From NCBI GenBank assembly GCA_035650735.1, contig DASRGZ010000019.1, positions 1 through 55,198 on the forward strand: a stretch of DNA of 55,198 nt. The letters are read 5' to 3'. Below are positions 12,802 through 22,683 of the stretch, piece after piece (the first letter of the stretch is position 1; every line of letters begins with the position of its first letter). The notes below the pieces were generated by a model, which saw nothing but the letters and a program-made list of their open reading frames with translations, ran no database searches and was not told the DNA's origin. The stretch comes from Chthonomonadaceae bacterium. GTDB lineage: Bacteria; Armatimonadota; Chthonomonadetes; Chthonomonadales; Chthonomonadaceae. The position numbers were made by a program, and so were the translations under genes.

Positions 12802-13142
12802 ATTAGGTTTGATAGTCCGCCACAGTCAATTGTTCCGTCGCACACCCGATTTTCTTGCTCTTCGTGGCGAGAGCGAGGCCGGAGGTGAGGTGCGTCCGGA
12901 GGACGCTTGGCGGCGCAGCCGCCCTCTAGACGGGTACTTTCAGTACCCGGCAATGCCGATTGCGAAGGGGATTTAGAAAAACGGGGGCGATGTCATGTGG
13001 GAACCGGACAGCGTTGGTTAATGCCAGACGCGCCGGGAGTAGGACTCCTCACTCTTCCCTGGCCTTGTAGAGCACGCGGGACAGAAAGGCATCGTGATTC
13101 GGGGTTGGCATGGCAGCCCCTTCTGCACGGGGCATTGCAGCT

Positions 13143-14789
13143 TTAGAATGCCTGCATGATCTCGCGGCGGCGCAACTGCTCCCGGTACATCTCACGGAAG
13201 ATAGCGAATTTGGCCTCATGGTAGGCGGCAGTGGCGGGATTGGGCCGAATGGCCTCGCCTTGTCCGCTCATGGCCTGCATGGCGGCGGGGATGTCGGGAT
13301 AGACGCCAGCGGCGGTGGCGGCTAGGATGGCCGAACCCAGCAGGACCGCCTCCGGCTCCTTCGGCAGCACGAGCGTCAGGCCGGTGGCGTCGGCGTGTTC
13401 CTGGAGCCAGAGCGGATTTTTCGTGCCGCCTCCGGTAACGAAGATCGTATCAATGCGGTAGCCGGCTTCGTTCATGGCGCGCACGATGTCGCGGGTGCCA
13501 TAGGCGACCGCCTGGAGGGTGGCATAGTAGCGGAGCGCCTGGGAGACGAGGGATTCGTCGAGCGTCAGGCCGTCTATGATGGCGCGGGCGTGCGGGTCGG
13601 CGTTGGGGGAGCGGTTGCCCAGGAAGTAGGGCAGGACGTGAAGGTCGCGGGTGAGCAGGGCGGGATAGGGCAGTCCGGCTTCATGGCGCAGCCGCTCGAT
13701 CTCGGCGTTGAGGAGGTGGTAGGCGGTGACGCCTCTCTCCTGGGCCTGAGCGCGCAGGGCCTCCGCGTTGGCATGGTCGGCGATGACATGGTCAATGGCG
13801 CTGCCCGCCGTGCTCTGCCCGCCCTCCGTCAGCCACATTCCCGGCACCATCGCGCCGTAGTAGGGTCCCCAGATGCCGGAGATAAATTTGGGCTCGCGCG
13901 AGACGGCCATGTGGCAGTTGCTCGTGCCGCCGATGAGCGCCAAGGCAGTCTCCAGCAGGCTGAGATCCTGGCCCGTCCGGCCCTTCCAGACGGCTCCCAG
14001 CAGGCCCAGGCCGCCCGCGTGCGCGTCAATAATGCCGACGCCGACGGCGCAGTTCGTGGTCAGGCCCAATTCGGCGGCGGCCTGTGGGGTGAGCTGGCCG
14101 AGATAGGTTCCCATTGAGCGCACGTCTGCGCCGATTTTGCCGCCCGTGAAGGCGTCCTCCAAGCCGATGGCCGCGAAGTAATTTTCATCCCAGCGCCCGC
14201 GCTCGCCCTCGTGGCCCAGGTAGGTCCACTTGCAGACGACGGTACACAGGCTGCGCGCGTCTATGCCGGTGGAGCGGTAGGTGAGGAAGTCGGCCAGGTC
14301 GAGGAACTTGCCCGCATTGGCCCAGGTCTGCGGTAGGTGGGTCTTGAGCCACTTGAGCTTGGGCGTCTCCATCTCCGGCGAGAGCCTGCCACCGACATAC
14401 TTGAGCACTTCATGCCGGCCCGCGTTGATAGCCTCCGTCTCTACCAGGGCGCGATGGTCCATCCAGACGATGATGTTGCGCCGGTTGTCGCCCTCCGCGT
14501 TGACGGCGAGCGGTCGGTCCTGCGGGTCCAGGACGACCAGCGAACAGGTGGCGTCGTAGCTGATGCCCACGACCTGATCCGGGGCGATATTGGCGGCGGC
14601 AAGGGCCGCGCGGACAGCCTTGCCGATGGCCAGCCAGATGTCCTCGGAGGATTGCTCGACGAAATCGGGGCGCGGCCTCCAGATCGCAATCGGCTCGGCG
14701 GCGGAGGCCAGCAGCGTCCCCTGCGTATCGAACAGCCCGGCCCGCGCGCTGCCGGTGCCCACATCCACTCCGATGACATAGCGGCTCAT
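13143..14789 (-). CDS. FGGY-family pentulose/ribulokinase
   Basis: IGVDVGTGSARAG, ISYDATCSLV, WMDHRA, IIDAHAG, GTSNCHM and GNRSP motifs. Confidence 0.93.
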   Translation of the reverse strand: MSRYVIGVDVGTGSARAGLFDTQGTLLASAAEPIAIWRPRPDFVEQSSEDIWLAIGKAVRAALAAANIAPDQVVGISYDATCSLVVLDPQDRPLAVNAEGDNRRNIIVWMDHRALVETEAINAGRHEVLKYVGGRLSPEMETPKLKWLKTHLPQTWANAGKFLDLADFLTYRSTGIDARSLCTVVCKWTYLGHEGERGRWDENYFAAIGLEDAFTGGKIGADVRSMGTYLGQLTPQAAAELGLTTNCAVGVGIIDAHAGGLGLLGAVWKGRTGQDLSLLETALALIGGTSNCHMAVSREPKFISGIWGPYYGAMVPGMWLTEGGQSTAGSAIDHVIADHANAEALRAQAQERGVTAYHLLNAEIERLRHEAGLPYPALLTRDLHVLPYFLGNRSPNADPHARAIIDGLTLDESLVSQALRYYATLQAVAYGTRDIVRAMNEAGYRIDTIFVTGGGTKNPLWLQEHADATGLTLVLPKEPEAVLLGSAILAATAAGVYPDIPAAMQAMSGQGEAIRPNPATAAYHEAKFAIFREMYREQLRRREIMQAF

Positions 14790-14805
14790 AAGCTTCCTCA
14801 TTAAG

Positions 14806-15009
14806 AATCCACAGATTACACGGATTAGCACCGATTAAAAGCCAACAACAGATTCAGACAGGATGAACGGGCTGAACCGGATTTCCAACAACCCACACAA
14901 GCCTTGCTTCCCTATCTTTGTGTAATCCTGTAAATCCTGTTTATCCTGTCTGAAATCTTATCTTTTGTCTTTGTTTTTAATCTGTGGTAATCGGTGTAAT
15001 CTGTGGATT
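14806..15009. repeat. Two nested pairs of imperfect inverted arms built from ~9-nt tandem units
   Basis: Outer pair: AATCCACAGATTACACGGATTAGCACCGATTAAAA / TTTTAATCTGTGGTAATCGGTGTAATCTGTGGATT. Inner pair: TTCAGACAGGATGAACGGG..CCGGATT / AATCCTGTAAATCCTGTTTATCCTGTCTGAA. Confidence 0.85.
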
Positions 15010-15013
15010 CGGC

Positions 15014-15853
<840 letters not shown>

Positions 15854-16013
15854 ACCCTTGCTCCTTACTTGCAGGAAGGACCGGGGCCGCAAGGGCCGTA
15901 CAGCCCGGCCTCCTGGCATCTATCAAAACGGCCTACGAGTGGCTGACGCCTGAGCCTCTCCATCGTAGTCACGCAGAGTTTTGATAGTTCTCCGAAATTA
16001 GCGATCTACGCAA

Positions 16014-16325
16014 TCACTCGGCGCGGGGGCCTAGATGGGCAGGCTGGCGCGGCTCACGGGCCTCGCGATGTTCTCTGTCGGTTTCCCGGTGGGATTCCTG
16101 GTAAAAGTTGGACACGGGCCGAGACGGAACGATGGAAGTAACCGCGTGCTTATAAACGAGTTGGGTGGGCTTGCCCACCGAATCCAGAAGAATGGTAAAG
16201 GCATCAAAACCGCGCACGATACCGCGTAGCTGCACGCCTCCGATCAGATAGATGGTAACGCCGATGTTCTCTTTGCGAACCTGATTCAGGAAGATGTCCT
16301 GGAGGTTCAACTGCGGTTTATTCAT
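16014..16325 (-). CDS. hfq: RNA chaperone Hfq
   Basis: [34 protein letters not shown]. Conserved miaA-hfq gene order. Confidence 0.96.
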   Translation of the reverse strand: MNKPQLNLQDIFLNQVRKENIGVTIYLIGGVQLRGIVRGFDAFTILLDSVGKPTQLVYKHAVTSIVPSRPVSNFYQESHRETDREHREAREPRQPAHLGPRAE

Positions 16326-16406
16326 GGAGCAATCCTCCCCGGAGAAAGATTAGGGAAAACAACAAACACATGGCCGTCGGGCCGCGGCCTGCTGCCGAGG
16401 CACGAT

Positions 16407-17369
16407 TTATCGTGGGCCTCCAGGCTGCGTGCGAAGGTATTCGAGCAGGCTTGTTGCGACCGTTGCCGAACTAAGCGCAGAGACATCCACCCAATGGAGG
16501 CGCTTCTCTGCGCGAAACCAGGTGAGCTGCCGCTTGGCATAGCGGCGCGTTTCTTGTTTGATTCGTTCTATGGCGGTGGCGCGGTCTATTTCGCCCCGGA
16601 GAAAGGCGGCCATCTCCTTGTAGCCGAGACTGCGTAACGGGCTGAGGGCAGGGGAAACCCCTTGTGCGAGCAGGCCGCGCACCTCGGCTTCCAGTCCGGC
16701 GGCCAGCATCGCCTCCACGCGCGCGTCAATGCGCGCATACAGTTGCGGGCGCGGCAAGGTCAGCCCCAGGCGAAAAGCGGGCCGGGGCGGGCGCGCGGCC
16801 CGGTCGCGCGCCTGGTGCTCCGAGATCGGTACGCCGGTAGCATGGTAGACCTCCAGGGCGCGCACAATGCGGACGGCATCATTGGGATGCAGCCGCGCTG
16901 CCGTCGCCGGGTCCACCGTGCACAGCCGTCCATGCAGCGCCGGCGCTCCGAGATGAGCGACCTCTGCGCGTAGCTGCTCGCGCAGGGCCGGATCGGCAGG
17001 CGTTTCGGCTAGCGTCCAGTCGTCGAGCAGCGCGCGCAGGTAGAGTCCCGTCCCGCCGCAGAGAATAGGCCAGCGGTCGCGCGTGGCGATCTCGGCCAGG
17101 GCCGCCTCCGCGCGCTCTTTCCATTCCGCCACGCTGAAGGGCTGGTCGGGCGTGACCACGTCCAGCAGATGAAAGCGGACGCGGGCGCGCTCTTCCGGGG
17201 TGGGCTTGGCCGTGCCGATGTCCATGCCGCGATAGACCTGCATGGAGTCGGCGTTAATGATCTCGCCGCCGATACGCTCGGCCAATTCGACCGCCGCCGC
17301 CGTTTTGCCGGTGGCGGTCGGGCCGACCAGAACGATGGGAATGTGCTTGCCAGGCCAGACGTGCGCCAA
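16407..17369 (-). CDS. miaA: tRNA dimethylallyltransferase
   Basis: GPTATGKT, DSMQVYRGMDIGTAKP, GGTGLY and TRRYAKRQLTWFR motifs. Exact start uncertain. Confidence 0.96.
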   Translation of the reverse strand: MAHVWPGKHIPIVLVGPTATGKTAAAVELAERIGGEIINADSMQVYRGMDIGTAKPTPEERARVRFHLLDVVTPDQPFSVAEWKERAEAALAEIATRDRWPILCGGTGLYLRALLDDWTLAETPADPALREQLRAEVAHLGAPALHGRLCTVDPATAARLHPNDAVRIVRALEVYHATGVPISEHQARDRAARPPRPAFRLGLTLPRPQLYARIDARVEAMLAAGLEAEVRGLLAQGVSPALSPLRSLGYKEMAAFLRGEIDRATAIERIKQETRRYAKRQLTWFRAEKRLHWVDVSALSSATVATSLLEYLRTQPGGPR

Positions 17370-17426
17370 CTGTTTCTATTCCTGCATGCGGGCGGTGGGA
17401 TCACTTGTCGCCCGCTAACCCGCCTC

Positions 17427-17455
17427 AGTATATCACAAAGCCCCTTGATACGCAA
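17427..17455 (-). promoter_or_regulatory. Sigma70-type promoter for miaA-hfq-dapF
   Basis: TTGCGT-N17-TATACT on the minus strand. Confidence 0.55.
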
Positions 17456-17524
17456 GCAGGAGGTTGCGGCGGAACGCCGGCCTCTCTTCCCGAAACAGAC
17501 CGGAAACGAGAGAAAAAGGCCGGT

Positions 17525-18782
17525 TTAGGGCAGCTTCCGTTCGAGCCGCTTGCGCAGCCCCGCCGGCTGAATCGCGGCCAGATCGAGCCGACGGGCCTCG
17601 TGGAAGCGGGCGAAATGTGCCAGTCCCGCCGCCAGCGCCGCCGCAAAATCGGCGCTCTTCTCTAGCGGCTCTTCCTCCAGCCAGAAGCCTTCCAGGGCGA
17701 GCGTGCCGGTCTTGCGGTCCAGCTTCGGAGAGAGCCGCCCGACGAACCGGTCGCCATATGAGGATCGGGAGGGTATAGTAGCCCCAGCGGCGCTGGTGCG
17801 CGGGCTTGTAGACCTCCCACACGTAATCGAACCCCAAGAGCGTCTGCGTTCGTTTGCGGTCCCAGATGACGTTATCCAGCGGGGCGAGGAAGTTGACTTC
17901 TGCCCAGGTCGTCGCCCCGCACGGCTGCCAGTCGTCCGGGAGGTCTCCTCTCTCCAATGCCTCTAGCGTCGGCAGGTCGGCGGCGGGCAGGTAGCAGGTC
18001 TCCGGGCGGCCCTCCACAGTCACCGCCGCCAGCTCGCCTTCCTCCGTGAGCTTGATCAGCAGGGAACGGGCCTCCTGCGCGCGGATCGAGCGATGCAGCA
18101 GAACCGAAGCGCGCCGCGCCCACTCCGCCGGGGCCGCCAGAGCCAGGTCGCGCATGGCTTTGAGAGCGAAGAAACGCTCTGCGTCGGCCTCTGTGGGCGC
18201 CTCCTCCGAGAGCAGCCGACCGGCAATGTTCTCGGTGAAATCGAAAACCCGGTCGAAGCCGCGTCGGCTATGCGTCATGAGCTCGCCGCTGCGCCAGAGG
18301 TGGTAGAGCGCCTGCGCCGTATCCTTGACCGTATTGAAGCCGCCCGGCACTCGCTGACGCCTGATGAAATCGCGGCTGGCAAGGGGACCGCGCGTCCGGA
18401 TCTCCTGCCGCACGTAGTCATGAACGTTCTGGATTCGCGCGGCGTGGTGCGCCCAGCGGTCCTGGTGCCGCCGCATGATGGTCTGCCAGTAGGGCAGCTC
18501 GCTCATGGGGTAGATCATCAGGATGCCGCCGTAGTCGAAGAAGGCGCGCTCCTGATAGAGCAGGGAGTCGAGGTATTCCGGGCGATAGTCCACAACCCGG
18601 CTCCAGAGCGCGAGATCGTGGCTGCGGGCGACCACGTTGATGGTATCTATCTGCACGGCCTCGGCCTGCCGGAGGGCGCGGGCGGTTCCCTCCTTGCCCG
18701 CCCAGCGGCGTCCCGGCCAGAGCCCCTGCCGGCCCAGAACGTAACGCCGCGCCGTCTGGCGCGTAATAGTCTGCGTATGCAT
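17525..18782 (-). pseudogene. YcaQ/AlkZ-family crosslink-repair DNA glycosylase (winged helix) with a +1 frameshift near 17759
   Basis: VQIDTINVVARSH and FLAPLDNVIWDRKRT..FDYVWEVYKP..RRWGYYTLPIL motifs. Removing one A restores YGDRFVGRLSPKLDRK...ERKLP* ending at 17525. Confidence 0.8.
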
Positions 18783-18862
18783 GGTTAGAGTTTATCACAT
18801 TAGGGCCGACTTACGCAGAGAAATGTACAGGGAAAGGCGTACTATTCCCAGGAATTTAGCCC

Positions 18863-20092
18863 ATGAGAGAGGACGCAATGATCACGGCGGCGGAGATTGA
18901 GGCGGCATACCCGGAGGTGGAGTGCGTGGTGCACCACACGCCGATTTTTACCTGCATGAGCCTGGCACGGCGCTGTAGTCTGCCGGAAGGCGATCTGTTG
19001 CTGAAGATGGAGAACATGCAGCGCACCGGCTCGTTCAAGATACGCGGCGCCTACTATCGTCTCCACCATTTGGCGGAGGAGGAGAGGGCGGGCGGCGTGG
19101 TGACGGCCTCGGCGGGCAACCACGCGCAGGGCGTGGCGCTGGCGGCAAAGCTGGTGGGTGTCCGAGCGACGGTCTTCATGCCGGAGTTCGCCAGCATCGC
19201 CAAGATTCAGGCGACGCGCAACTACGGAGCAGAGGTCATTCTGGCGGGCGCCAATTTCGATGAGGCGGTAGCGGCGGGCAAGGCGCGGGCGGCGGAGACG
19301 GGCGCGCCTTTCATCTCCGCCTATGACGACGACGGCATCATCATCGGGCAGGGCACGCTCGGCCTGGAGATCCTGGAGGACGTGCCGGACGTGGAGACGG
19401 TGCTGATCCCTGTCGGCGGCGGCGGGCTCTTTAGCGGCGTGGCGACGGCGCTGAAGGTGGCGCGGCCTGCGGTGCGTCTCATCGGCGTGCAGGCCGCCGG
19501 CGCGCCTGCCGCCGTCGAGTCCTGGCGAGCCGGGAAGCTGCTGCCGCCGCACCCGACGCAGACCATTGCCGACGGCATCGCCATCAAGTCGCCCAGCGAG
19601 CGCACGTTCCGCTACCTCCAGAAATACGCCGACGAGATGGTTACGGTGGACGACCAGGAGATCGCGGGCGCGATGCTGCTGCTCCTGGAGCGGGCCAAGA
19701 CGGTAGCGGAGCCGGCGGGCGCGGTCGGGGTGGCGGCGCTGCTGGCAGGCAAGACGCGCGCCCAGGGCAAGACGGTCGTCATCGTCTCCGGCGGCAACGT
19801 GGACGCCCGGTTTTTGGCCGACCTGATCGAGCGGGAGATGATCCGCGCCGACCGCTACATGCACTTCTTCAGCGCCGTGCCGGACCGTCCGGGTGGGCTG
19901 GCGGCCCTGCTGGACGTCATCGCCGAGTTGCAGGGCAACATCATCACGGTGGTTCACAACCGCATCAGCCCGACGGTACCGCTGGGGCAGACGGGCGTGG
20001 AACTGCTGCTGGAGGTGCGCGACGCCGCCCACATCGCCCAGATCAGCGCGGGACTGACGGCCAGGGGCTACCGCGTCGAAATGCTGGACTGA
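18863..20092 (+). CDS. ilvA: Threonine ammonia-lyase with C-terminal ACT domain
   Basis: KMENMQRTGSFKIRGA, ASAGNHAQG, PVGGGGL, SGGN and PDRPGGL motifs. Confidence 0.92.
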   Translation: MREDAMITAAEIEAAYPEVECVVHHTPIFTCMSLARRCSLPEGDLLLKMENMQRTGSFKIRGAYYRLHHLAEEERAGGVVTASAGNHAQGVALAAKLVGVRATVFMPEFASIAKIQATRNYGAEVILAGANFDEAVAAGKARAAETGAPFISAYDDDGIIIGQGTLGLEILEDVPDVETVLIPVGGGGLFSGVATALKVARPAVRLIGVQAAGAPAAVESWRAGKLLPPHPTQTIADGIAIKSPSERTFRYLQKYADEMVTVDDQEIAGAMLLLLERAKTVAEPAGAVGVAALLAGKTRAQGKTVVIVSGGNVDARFLADLIEREMIRADRYMHFFSAVPDRPGGLAALLDVIAELQGNIITVVHNRISPTVPLGQTGVELLLEVRDAAHIAQISAGLTARGYRVEMLD

Positions 20093-20200
20093 AACCCTGC
20101 CGCACAGAGGTAGGATATTTCCAAGCGAAGGCGGAATCTAAGAGCGCCGCACGCGGTCGCGTGCGGGACAAAGACGAGCCGGAAAGGAATTTTCGCAGCA

Positions 20201-21475
20201 TTGACGAGACATCGCGGTTGGCTTGCCCTCTGGACTATCGCTCTGTGTCTGTTTGCCGGTGTCGCGGCAGGGGCGAGCCAGCCTCCGCCTTTGAACGACC
20301 CGTCGGATACGACCCTCTGGCCTAACAAGACCAGTTTCGCGAATTCCGACCCCTGGATCGCGCAAAATCACGACCGAATCCGGCAGATGCGGCCCCGCCT
20401 GCTGGTCCTCAACTTCTCCAACCAGACTCCGATGGAGAAGGTTCAGCAGATGACGGAGGCCCTGATCGCCGCCCTCGCAGAAAGCTCGCGCTATCACGGC
20501 TATAAGGACAAGCGCGCGCCGGTTTTCTTGCAGTATCAGGTGTTCAAATACGTGGACCTGCGCGATCCGGGCCAGACCAAAAACAATAGCTCCAAGTCTC
20601 CTCTCAAGCGCAACGTCGCACCGCCAGACATGAACTGCGACTACAGCGCGTTCTTCAATGACACCTTCGCGCGCTACTATGGCGTGCGCGATCCCGACAA
20701 CCCCGCGCGCTTCCTGCGGCTGGATGAGCTGGTGGATCGCGGCTACGTGCATGAGGTCTGGTTCTTTGCGGCAGCGACCGGCGACCTGCGCTGTTTCGAG
20801 TGCATCGAGATGAAGCCGGTCTATGACGCGCAGTTCCGGCAGGTTCCGGGGCAGTTCCGTTCGGCGGGCAACGGCGAAGACCCCGACCGCAAGTGGACGG
20901 GCCGCAGCCTGCGCATCAACAACCTCAACCCGGACCGGGGCATCGGCTGCGCGATGGAGAACCTGGGCCACTGCTTAGAAGGCATGGCTAACAGCGGCGT
21001 CATTCCCTACTACACAAAGTATTTTAACGAGTTCGCGGGGCTGGACCTGGACAAGCGTTACGGCCTGCCGTTCAAGTCGTTCTACGAATTGGAGTACGGC
21101 AAGGACGTGATCACCTATCCCGACGACCATACGGCCATCGTTACCTATCAGGGCAAGCCCTATCGCCTGGAGAACTACCGGGTCTTGGGCGGCAACGTCC
21201 ACTTCCCGCCCAACGCGCGCCGGGACTACGACCTGAGCAATGAGAAGCCGGTGCTCTGCTGCATTGAGGACTGGCGCATCGGCAGCGGGCCGGGGCATCA
21301 AGATATTTACCAAGACTGGACCAACGCCGCCTTTGCGCCCTATCGCACGCTGGCCCCGGACTGCATGGGGCCCTGGCTGGTCTACTGGCGCCAGAACATG
21401 CCCGGCCTGCACAACCGGCAGAAGGACGACAACGGCAAGCCGATGAAGAACTGGTGGCCGTTCCTGTTCTATTGA
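20201..21475 (+). CDS. Secreted hypothetical protein
   Basis: 424 aa ORF with host-like codon usage and a signal peptide. Confidence 0.8.
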   Translation: MTRHRGWLALWTIALCLFAGVAAGASQPPPLNDPSDTTLWPNKTSFANSDPWIAQNHDRIRQMRPRLLVLNFSNQTPMEKVQQMTEALIAALAESSRYHGYKDKRAPVFLQYQVFKYVDLRDPGQTKNNSSKSPLKRNVAPPDMNCDYSAFFNDTFARYYGVRDPDNPARFLRLDELVDRGYVHEVWFFAAATGDLRCFECIEMKPVYDAQFRQVPGQFRSAGNGEDPDRKWTGRSLRINNLNPDRGIGCAMENLGHCLEGMANSGVIPYYTKYFNEFAGLDLDKRYGLPFKSFYELEYGKDVITYPDDHTAIVTYQGKPYRLENYRVLGGNVHFPPNARRDYDLSNEKPVLCCIEDWRIGSGPGHQDIYQDWTNAAFAPYRTLAPDCMGPWLVYWRQNMPGLHNRQKDDNGKPMKNWWPFLFY

Positions 21476-21522
21476 TCCAGTTGGATTGATCCGAGGGTAA
21501 GTTTATCGGGGAGAAAGCGCCG

Positions 21523-21918
21523 TTGAAGCAACGCAGACCGTTATGGGCGCTCATTGGCTTGCTGTGCCTTGCCGCCATGGGGCTGGGGGTCTGGCTGCGG
21601 GTCGCGAGCCGCCCTGCGTTTGTGGGAACGTGGCGTGATTCCCGGTTGGCGCGCAAGAAGGGTATGATATCCAGGACGATCACGTTTCGACCGGACGGCA
21701 CCGGCGAAGAAGTAGACGCCATCCAGCGGAAGCGGTTCTCCCTTCCCTTCCGATGGTCTACAGGCATGGCCTCTGGCCGCCAGATCTTGCGCTTTGAGTA
21801 TCCCGCCGCCGCAAAAGACCGGCCCGCCGAGGTCGGCTGGTATGTCTCCGAGAACGGACGAAAGCTGAATTTTATCCTCAGCGGGGGCTATGAGTATCAG
21901 TTTGACCGGATCAAATAG
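21523..21918 (+). CDS. Hypothetical membrane-anchored protein
   Basis: N-terminal hydrophobic helix and FVGTW motif. GGAG upstream of the TTG start. Confidence 0.6.
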   Translation: MKQRRPLWALIGLLCLAAMGLGVWLRVASRPAFVGTWRDSRLARKKGMISRTITFRPDGTGEEVDAIQRKRFSLPFRWSTGMASGRQILRFEYPAAAKDRPAEVGWYVSENGRKLNFILSGGYEYQFDRIK

Positions 21919-21954
21919 GCACGGCTGTCCCCATTGGGAAGAGACAGAACAACG

Positions 21955-22683
21955 GTGAACAGGCAGGACAAAGCGGCGCGGATACTGACGTTGAGCCGCG
22001 CGCTCAAAGACGAACATGTTTCGGTTTGCTGGAACGCGGCCCGCGACCTGGCCCAATTCGGTCCAGAGGCCAGAGCGGCCCTGCCGGCGCTGGCCGAGGC
22101 CCTGAGAAGCTATGACGCAACGACGGCGCTCTGGGCGCGCTATGCCATTGCCAAAATCACCGGCGAAACCTCCAAGCACCTGCCGGCGTTGATCGAGGCG
22201 CTGGCGGATAAGCAGCGTGTCTTTCCCGGCATGGCGGCGGCGGCGCTGGCGGGCCTGGGCGCGGAGGCTAAAGCGGCGGTGCCGTATCTCATTCCCGAAC
22301 TCATGGACCCGCATCCGGACAACCGCTGGAGCGCAGCCGGGGCCCTGGCACGCATCGGCCCGGAGGCCAGAGAGGCGGCGCCCGCGCTGATGGAAGCTCT
22401 GCGGGACGTGGATGAGAAGGTGCGCTGGTACGCCGCCTGGGCGTTAAGCGAGATCGGTCCGGAGGCAGGGCAGGCTCTCCCGGCCCTGATCGCCGCGCTG
22501 GACGACCCGGACGAGAACGTGCGCGGCTATGCGGCAAAGGCGCTCGGCAGGATGGGGCCGGCGGCGCGGGAGGCCGTTCCGGTCTTGCGCGCGCTCTTGG
22601 AAATGGAAGAAGGAGCCGTGCGGGAGCAGGTCGCGACGGCGCTGATGCGGCTGGAAAATTCCTCAAGCCAGGTGAGAGAATGA
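21955..22683 (+). CDS. HEAT-repeat (PBS lyase-like) protein
   Basis: Repeated D....VR..AA.AL..IGPEA..A.PAL..AL units. Confidence 0.9.
   Translation: MNRQDKAARILTLSRALKDEHVSVCWNAARDLAQFGPEARAALPALAEALRSYDATTALWARYAIAKITGETSKHLPALIEALADKQRVFPGMAAAALAGLGAEAKAAVPYLIPELMDPHPDNRWSAAGALARIGPEAREAAPALMEALRDVDEKVRWYAAWALSEIGPEAGQALPALIAALDDPDENVRGYAAKALGRMGPAAREAVPVLRALLEMEEGAVREQVATALMRLENSSSQVRE

Noticed and set aside
13402..13412. 11-nt match between the 38451-38482 spacer (CTCTGGCTCCA) and the FGGY kinase gene
   Set aside because: Too short to be significant in 55 kb of GC-rich DNA. No convincing in-window target was found by eye for either spacer.
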